A DNA stretch of 64,000 bases from Ruditapes philippinarum. Taxonomy: Eukaryota. The stretch covers positions 62,001 to 126,000 of the forward strand of contig NW_026857826.1 in assembly GCF_026571515.1 (NCBI RefSeq), given 5' to 3'. Shown one piece after another: positions 55,296 through 64,000 of the stretch (position 1 is its first letter; the number at the start of each line of letters is the position of its first letter). A program made the translations under genes and the position numbers. The notes under the pieces are model-generated. The model was not told where the DNA came from, ran no database searches, and saw nothing but the letters and a program-made list of their open reading frames with translations.

Positions 55296-57906
55296 ATGCA
55301 AATACTGATAATGAACAAACATCGTGTGCGAAAACTAGGAGACAAATTTAAACAAATATCAACAATTTGCGTCAGCGAGCAGAATGGTGTTTTTTCTTAT
55401 GTCAATAACCATCAACTACTTACGTCGAACGACAATATTATCTGTATTTGCCAAAACCTATGCTAAATAAGTGTTATTGAACTTATCACGTAAATAAGCA
55501 TTGCACATTTACGAATCTAGAAAACATCATATCAAATAATTGCATGGTTGAGGAGCGGCAAATTAATGTAGTTTCCGTTCTGTATGACACAAAATTGGTA
55601 CCTTTATTATGGTGAGACAAAATATTCTGAGAGTACACAATTGTGATACCGAAAAAAATACAATATCTTACCTAAAACTTGGCTTATTCTTTAAGTCTAA
55701 TCGGATTATGTCGTAAAACATCATTCAAATATCTACATGAGCAGGCTTTACCACACTTAAAATAAGATATTGTAATACATAAAAGGATGCGGTTTCTTCT
55801 ACAGTTCTTAATTTTGTCTTAGCTAGACTCATTTTCATCCACTCTCATTGCATTGACTTGCAATTACTATATATCAGTCATTTTGACGTCTAGTGTTAGT
55901 TAAATTTTAGACTTTGACTGTAAATTGTACTTTATATGTGCTTCGCGTGTATAACTTATGTTTGTGTATGAGATACTAGTAGTCCGTATATACATGCCCT
56001 TGTAATAAATAATGAAAGTATAATCTAATCTGATCGAAAAACAGTGTTGTTTTGTTATGTTTACACAAATTGATTGACGGCTAAAATACAGCTGACTTGA
56101 GGTAAAATGCTAAACTTTTACAACAATAACATATCATTGTATCATATTGGGGAACTTTCTGTTGAAAATGTGTCAGACTTAAATCGTATACATATACATG
56201 CACAGTGCGTTAACTGGAGTGCAGGTATTAGTTACCTTCCAGAGTATGCCCATTGATTGACTCATTTTTGCTGGGGTTTTCATATTGTGACGGCAGAGAC
56301 AGGGGAAGCGATAGATAGAAATATCATATTCAGATGCTCGTTCATTGGTTTCTTTTTTTTTTGGGGGGGGGGGTGTCATATTGTGACAACAGGGAACGTG
56401 TGACTATGACACAAAAGAGAAAGAACATCAAAACACACGGCAATCTGATTAATACTCGGGGGGGGGGGGCTACGCCCCTCGTAGAAATCAGATAGCCTCG
56501 TGTTTTGATGCTCTTTCTATTACTAAATTGGCACATACTAACAATCAATGGTCAATACCAATATGAAATGGAAATGGGATATGTCTATCTACGAGCATAT
56601 TTTCTGTAATAATTCATATTTGATTGCACTGACTTATTTCATAATTTGATTTATTTTCATAATTCTAAATATGAGTAAATGTTCTCACGATAAAATAACA
56701 TAAAATTTTGATAAAACATTTGATATCATTATGAACTACATTTAGAGCTGGTTTTTTTTAAAAAAAATAGTAGTAAGAGTGAGAGTTTAAAGAAATTATT
56801 GTTAAAAAAAATGTTTGGTCATAAAGACTGAGTGTAAAAGAAAATGACCTACCAACTGTTGTCTTTATTTCAATACCAAAACAATGTGAGCAAAGGGTGC
56901 ATGTCATTGAGCGCTGATTTCTGTTGAGAACAATTCAAACACGAAACCAATGACCAAGATCCACTTTAAAATGTTTAAATGTTTGATTGTAGCATTTTAC
57001 TTATTAGATAACCAACAGATAGCAGATTATCGGGTATAATCACAATAGATTTTTTAAAAAGCTGTATATAATTTATCATTGACAACCGAATGACATTGAA
57101 GTGTAAGTAAATCTTAGTTTTAAAAACCGTTCTAATTAACTCATTCATTTCAATTATAACGTGTTCCTACTTCATCCGTTTTTCCTTCCTTATTGATGCT
57201 TTGTTTCATTCTATCCCTCACTGTTTTTTTTTCTCTCCGAATGAATTCCATGAACGTATATTTACATAACGGATAACACATATTCATGCGAATTCAATTA
57301 TAAGCTATAATGTAGAATAAAAATAAAGAGAAACAGATAAATATGTGAACAAACCCTTCATAATTAGCAGGCTTCAAATTATCAAGTTCAAAAAAACATT
57401 TGTTTAATATCTTATACTTGTGGTCAACTTTATGCTTCCCAATATACTTTAAAGATATCTCGTTCATTTTTTTTCTCATTTGATCAACCGAAACCTACTG
57501 TTACAAACAGCTAAATTGATGTTTTTGGACATATGTTTTTGAACTTAGCTCATATTTATGACCGTAATGGTATATCATTTAATTGTTTAAATCATACTAA
57601 GTTTCGTTTAGTACTAGATTTAAAAATTATGTATGATGTGATATATTAGCTTCCGTATTCAAGTTAATTTGTATACAGTGGAAATACTGTAATATATTAA
57701 ATAATGACGTTGAAAGTATTTAGTATCAGACATAACAACAATCATGAACTAATTATATATGGATATTGTTGCTAGTGGGAAACACATGATCCGATATTGC
57801 ATATATTTATATAGCAGATAACAACATTTTCTAGAACAAAATATCAATTATCATCGTAATAATGTTTACACTATATCACTTAAAACTTTACCAACAATTT
57901 TTTTTA

Positions 57907-58126
57907 ACCGCCTCCGTGGTCGAGGTGTTAGAGTCGATGACTTCTTATCCAGTTACCTCTCTGGCGTGGGTTTGATCCCGGGAGATGCTTTGGCAGTTTA
58001 GCGCGAAGGAAGGTAGTCTAGTACTGGTGAAACTCTCCAGGAACGATGGTTAATAAACTACCCACCTATATCACTGAAATACTGTTGGAAAAAGGCGTAA
58101 AATGAAACAAACAAACAAACAAACCA
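57907..58126 (+). mobile_element. tRNA-derived SINE with (AAAC)n tail
   Basis: A-box TGGTCGAGGTG, B-box GGTTTGATCCC, 3' end atatcactgaaatactgttggaaaaaggcgtaaaatgaaac(aaac)n. Confidence 0.8.
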
Positions 58127-61100
58127 ACATTTTGTTTCTAGCAATATTTATTAAGAATAACCAAATGATACATTTGTAATGTTTTTGTTTTTCTTCAATA
58201 TTTAATTTTCTTTTATAGAAAATGGACCCATTGTAGACCAATCCATTTTAACCTCTGAAAGTCACTGTTTTACTAGCAATAATTTAAATATAGGAAACAG
58301 CAATATCGTATATCTGGTGCTGTAAGGTGAGTTTTCTTTCCCTATCTCTATTAGTTGTGTAGCCTTATATAATTGCCGAAGGCCAAACAGTTGTAAGATT
58401 TCTTTAAATTTAATTCCGAGATATCAGAACGCGTCATATTCATTTAAATGTATTTGAGCAATATTTCCGGGAAACGGGGAAACTGTATTTAAGGGCGAAA
58501 CAAACCTTTAGAAGTATCTCTTGAAAAAGTCTATTCTTCGACAAATGAATTGATTTAATACATAAAATGCATATTTTTAGTTCTTAAGAAATATCAAAGT
58601 TAACTTGTGTTTAAAGGTTTAGCATGACACATGTTTAAATACTGAAGAAAGTAGCGCTGAACGTGCAGTTATATGTCGTTTAGCTAGGTAGCAAAATGTA
58701 AACAAAGTAGTATTTTGACTTCCATATACAAAATACTAATTCAGTATAATTATACCGATTGCTGAAAAAGTAAAAGTAACAAAAGATAGTTCAAATATGT
58801 GGAAAATGGGTATATTATTGGAAACATTAAGGAGATACCCAAAATAAAAAGTGTTTGAGAAATAAAATTCATGGCATTTCTGAGGTATAATGGAACTTTA
58901 ATGTTAATTAATTGATTAAAACACGGATTTATGTAATAAGTTAGAATAAATATTGTTTTATATCGGCAATGTCCGAAATAGTTTTGTGTATTTTCTTAGA
59001 TTTCTTTTGCAGCGAATTAAAAACTCGATATAAGTATAGCATAAATATTGGCACATTACTTATCGATGGAAAATATGCTAAAATGATATCTGTCCGCTCG
59101 TTCTGTCGGAAGCTCAATGTTTTGTATTTTGTTAGTGAAATCACTTAAACTTGACGTGGTCTTTTCTTAATTGAAAGTTTGTCTTAATTTTGAGTTTTAA
59201 TATGTAATGCAAGGGAATAATGACCTTTAAAAAAGCTACCTGGCTTTATGTTGAAAAAATCAAGTACAACACAACCATTTAAATGTTCTCAATATAAACG
59301 TCACGATATCACCGTTCTTGTCTAGTGTTTTTCAATCAAAACAGGTTTTTTTCATAGATATTTTATGATATGTTATCATTGGCTAAACGTTGATGTACAA
59401 TGTATATATTAAACAATTAAAACAGACGTCTGATAAAAAAAACGATATAGAAAGCCTAGAGAATAATTTCTCAGAAACAATACAACCTAATGTAATTAAT
59501 AGGTATAAAAATTCTGTCAACAAGTACGTATATAAGAACCCCAGTACCACTGTAACGTAGACGAGACTCTTATATTTTTTTAATTTAATTATGTCTGAAG
59601 TTGGATACCTGTTTGGAATATACTATCATGCAATTAGCTTTAATATAAGTCTGGAATTAGATTCATTGTGTTCAAGAATTAGAAAGTTCGTGTTTCACAT
59701 ACCAAGAGAAAACAGTTCTATTAAATTCACCGATATCGTACTTGATTTTAAAAACTGTTACCTTCCGAACAAACACAGTCAATTCACGTGATAGCCAAAA
59801 GTGTTTTATAATTCAAAGCCACATTAGCTAAATCAATTTAAAATTTGAAAAATATGAAAATATGTACGCAACGTGCAGCTCATCATGTTTTTATAATTTT
59901 TAGATAATAAAAGAACAGAAGGAGTTACTATTTGGCATTTATGTATAGTTCACCAAGTATAAAATTCTAAATGAAATCAATTGACATTTAACAATGATAT
60001 AAGATATACGGAAAGCCATCTCAGTTGGAATATACTTCAAGACGGTATATTATTACATGTACATGTAAGAGACGTCCTTAAAAAAAGTCTACAAGCTGAA
60101 AGACATATTATTCTAAAATTTTATATTTGAAAAAAAAAACAAAAATAATAACTATAAGATACAGTCTCTTTTGAAATGTTAAATAAACATATTTTAAATA
60201 CAACCAGAGAAAAAATGTTACGTTTTAAACATTACACACTACAGGTAATCACAATATGATTACATAGTGTCATTAAAAAATCCCTGGTAGTTTCTATAAG
60301 ATTACACCAAATTAATTTGACAAGTAAAAGGGAACGCAGCTTCTCAAACAAAGTTCTCCTATTAAATAGATACATATTCAGAAAGAGTAATCATTCGACA
60401 CATCATGTTCAGGGACAAAACCTTCGTGTTTTTCTCTACTGTATCACAAGCAACTGATTATGATGATAGAAAAATAATAATAACCCTTTTAAGACAAAAT
60501 AAACTAAAATGTTACCATATTGTTTTGCATAACTTAGTATAATCATGCCGATTTAAAAACTTTTTTCTTCTTTAATATAAGATTAATGTCTTGCAATTCA
60601 TCTTTAAAAATATTTAAAAGCGTACACTGTCTCAATATTTAGTTTTATTAACATATTTACCAGTGTTTTTTTCTTCAGATATTTTTTTTAATGTCGGAAG
60701 ACAGGATGTGTCTGAAAGGATGAAATCAGAAATGGTTATTTCCGTGCTATAATAAAGAAAAAGTCCTTGTTATGTAACGTTATTCATCTCATTGTTCTGA
60801 TAAGTCATTTCCAATACACACAATTATTAATCTAAGTATACTATCAAAACAACTTGAAGACCATTTGATGTCATAAACCAATATTGAAATGAAAATAGCT
60901 TCAGAGCGAAGATATACTTTTTTCTTCATATTTCTGTTTTTTAATTCATATATAGACTCTTTTATAACAAGACATAATTAGTTCGTTTAAAGAAGGGCAA
61001 TAAAGTACTTATATGATATACAAAGCGTTTGTTATAAAGTGTACACCTGTTACCAGATAAAACTAATTTATAAGGTCTATAAAAAGGGAGTGTGATGAAT

Positions 61101-61540
61101 AGAAATCCGTACATTTATGGCCATATTGGTATTTAAAGGCCTTTTATGCTTCAGGAATGTTTTCCTTGCCTTGTATGTGTGCGCGCGTGTGTGAGTGTGT
61201 TGCTTCTAGGCAATTAATGCAGTTATAGTGTTTAAGTTTTTGTAAGGAAGTCGAAACACAACTTGCTTACATCTTGCTACTTTTAAGACAAATTATTTCA
61301 CATTTTGCACTTCTCTCTTCAGATAACTGGCATCTGCCATGCTCTAAATCCAATCATTGAACATTATAAAGTTCAAGCTTGCCCTTTCTACTGAGGCATA
61401 ATCTACCTTTAAGTATTTCATGAATAAAAAAATGCCCCGGTAAAATATTCAGGAAAAATAATAAATAAACTATTTGGAAAAAATACTTATTTCATGTGAG
61501 TAAGGCTTTATCCAAGTGTGGTTGAATGCAAGAATGCAAG

Positions 61541-61700
61541 TTTTCTTGTTTGGTTTTATGGTGCACTAACACAATTTAGGTCATATGGCGCCGAAACAGG
61601 AAAGATGATTTTGGCTAACCTTGGGTGTTACAAACTTAAAGCAACGCAAGAGGTCAAAACCACCTCACCTGCTGGAGCTAAAAGATGCCCACACTAACCA
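61541..61700 (-). mobile_element. Retroposon 3' fragment sharing the SINE tail
   Basis: The reverse complement ends cgccatatgacctaaattgtgttagtgcaccataaaaccaaacaagaaaa, homologous to the tail of the SINE at 47118-47170, but with a different upstream body. Confidence 0.6.
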
Positions 61701-61989
61701 ACGAAAGCAAATTATTAAAGAAATGCGTGATTTGTACCAACAATTACAACATTCTTGGCTTTACATATTTCTACTATGCTCGTATAAAAATAAGCTTTAC
61801 CACACACCCGTGCCGATTTTGCGACTCCGTAAATATGGTATTGCACGGCAGTGCATATATTTTGACGTGATGTCATAAGCGTTATACAAACATAGTGCAA
61901 AGTCGCGCTTAATGTAAGCGTTATACTATAGGCGCGTCAATGAAAAAAGACTCTTATTTCACTTTAAACGGTCTTTATTTTTGGTATGT

Positions 61990-62150
61990 GATAAATATTA
62001 TATTAAATTCGTGTAAGTTCATTACTGAATTTATTGCACTCGTTGAAAAAAATGATATTATGCTCGCCAGAGGCTCGCATAATATAATTTTATTCAACTC
62101 GTGCAATAAATTTAGTATTGAACTTACACTCATTCAATATCCTCTATTTA
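61990..62150. mobile_element. Palindromic end of a non-autonomous element (possibly Crypton-like)
   Basis: Imperfect ~120-bp palindrome 62011-62129 (gtgtaagttca...tgaacttacac) centred on gctcgccagaggctcgc; ends atatcctctattta. Confidence 0.6.
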
Positions 62151-63119
62151 CCACACTTTTTATTTATGCCAATAAAACGCATTTTATTCATCCCTATGTC
62201 TGTCTGTTAAATGACATAATAAAAAGTGTTATGATAGCTCGCCAGGTCGATTGTCAGATAATTTTGTGTCCTCTCTAGAAATCCTATACCCATTTAGTGA
62301 TTTACTGCAAAGTACTTCACATCAGTGTTAATATGACTTTCTTGTTATTCTAGAGAGATGAGTGACTCTAATACGTTAGTTACAAAAATAGAATGCTTCT
62401 ACAAACGCTGCCATGGGATTATGACAGATGTGTGTTGCACCTTTCATTACATCTCATGAACAGACTTAATTTAACCGGGTCTGTAATGTTTTACCTTTAC
62501 TTTTGTTCCCGAGAGATTTCCCCTTAATCGGTTCTTAATCAAATGTTTATGTAAGTGTGATTCCATCTCCCCGTGATTAAGGTCAAAGCCACCCTTTAAC
62601 GTCAAATGTCAAATGTGTTTCCATAGTATAAATTGAGTACCCCTTGAAAGACTTTCTTCAAACTTTTGTCCTTCGAAGGTAATACCCTACATATTTTTCA
62701 TTTCCTCATAGTATTCACAAGAATAATACAAGGACAAATCTTTAGCAAGGATGTTAAAGCTAAATTTGTTTTATTTTGTTTTTGTCATACGGAAACATAA
62801 ACAACTTTAAGCTAATGTCTTTTGATAACATCTGTTTGCGGAAACATCAAACAGCTTCTTTAGAAAACATCTTAAAGATAAAACATCCATTAAACTGTAT
62901 ATCTCGTCCATTCAAATTCATTGTACTTTGCCTTGATTTTTTTGGCGTTCTTTGGTGATTCTGTTTTTTTTCTCTATCATTTTATCGCTCCATTTCTTCA
63001 GCTTGCTAATAGACAACAAATCTGATGAGAAAGGATCTATATCATACACTGTCTTTGTTTTATTTTTTATGGGAGAGGTGACTTTACATGGAACGGATTA
63101 TAAATAAATGGAAATGTTA

Positions 63120-64000
63120 AGAAGATCTGATCCAAGAGAATAATATCAAAAGAGATACCTGTAAAGAGTGTGCTATTCACAGAAAAATTTAGTTCATTAC
63201 TATAATTGAAATTCCTCCCTTTAAAATTAATTAGAGTCCGGCTGCCCGTCGCCGCTTTTAGCAACAATTTAAAGTAAGACAGATCAATGGTTACGGTAAA
63301 GGTTTTATAATTTTTAATCAAACTATCCATGCAATGAACTACATGACGAAAGAGTAGCAGCACAATAACAATAATGGTGTTTAAATTGTAATTGATATTC
63401 TGAATATGATATCGCATCTGTGCGCAAACAAACACTATTCTTATCAAAGCAAAAGAATCCAGATTTTATATACAACCATGTCTTTATATTTATTGCCAAT
63501 ATTTGTAACTTAGACCCCCACCAAAAAAACCGCAACAAATAAACAATATCAGTTATAAAGTACTTTGTATAATGTCAATATATCTTTGACGTCTGTTTAG
63601 TGAAAAAAACTGAAATGTTTCAATATATCATAGGCGTACAAGTTTATTTTTATCTTCAGAATATAATATTTTACAATCCGGTTGTCTAGCACCTAGGGAC
63701 TTCACAATCAATAAAAAAACAATAGCTCACGATGTTAAAATATCATGACATGATGATATTTGCCATGCAATTCAAAACAAACTATTTATATGTGACATCC
63801 CTTTAATTCCGTCTTAATACAATTATACGTGTCTAGACATTAATTAAAATACAGTGTATTTTCATTAGTTTTTCATTTTGAGTAAAACTATTAGGAATCG
63901 AAGGCACACTAGTTGTTTAAGTAGAAATAACCATTTTTGTAATAAGATTTATGTCTTTAAGTATATAAGACTTAATATAATTATACACGGCATCTAATAA
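63120..64000 (+). repeat. Dispersed ~0.9-kb repeat, copy 2 (runs off the window end)
   Basis: Same alignment to 36297-37189. Confidence 0.92.

Overview
AT-rich, repeat-dense eukaryotic genomic DNA. The SINE, HINE and MITE repertoire suggests a bivalve mollusc, probably a clam (inference). Almost every ORF in the supplied track is spurious. The one well-supported gene is a three-exon, 114-aa secreted precursor on the + strand (34651-34783, 43400-43492, 43919-44037) that the ORF track misses because it is spliced. It has neuropeptide-prohormone architecture: signal peptide, acidic Pro/Tyr-rich spacer, two KR sites, and a C-terminal peptide ending ...HVRFGAG-GR-stop, which I cannot assign to a named family. 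The 33 kb upstream is duplicated non-coding DNA. It holds an old ~6-8 kb segmental duplication with a decayed Ty3/Gypsy pol fragment (1-8490 vs 26425-32720), a young head-to-tail tandem duplication (9517-18403 / 18404-25058), and inside that an ancient inverted repeat with ~2 kb arms. The rest is SINEs, Helentron-type HINEs, palindromic MITEs, LINE remnants, microsatellites and one assembly gap. Identities quoted are by-eye estimates unless a count is given.
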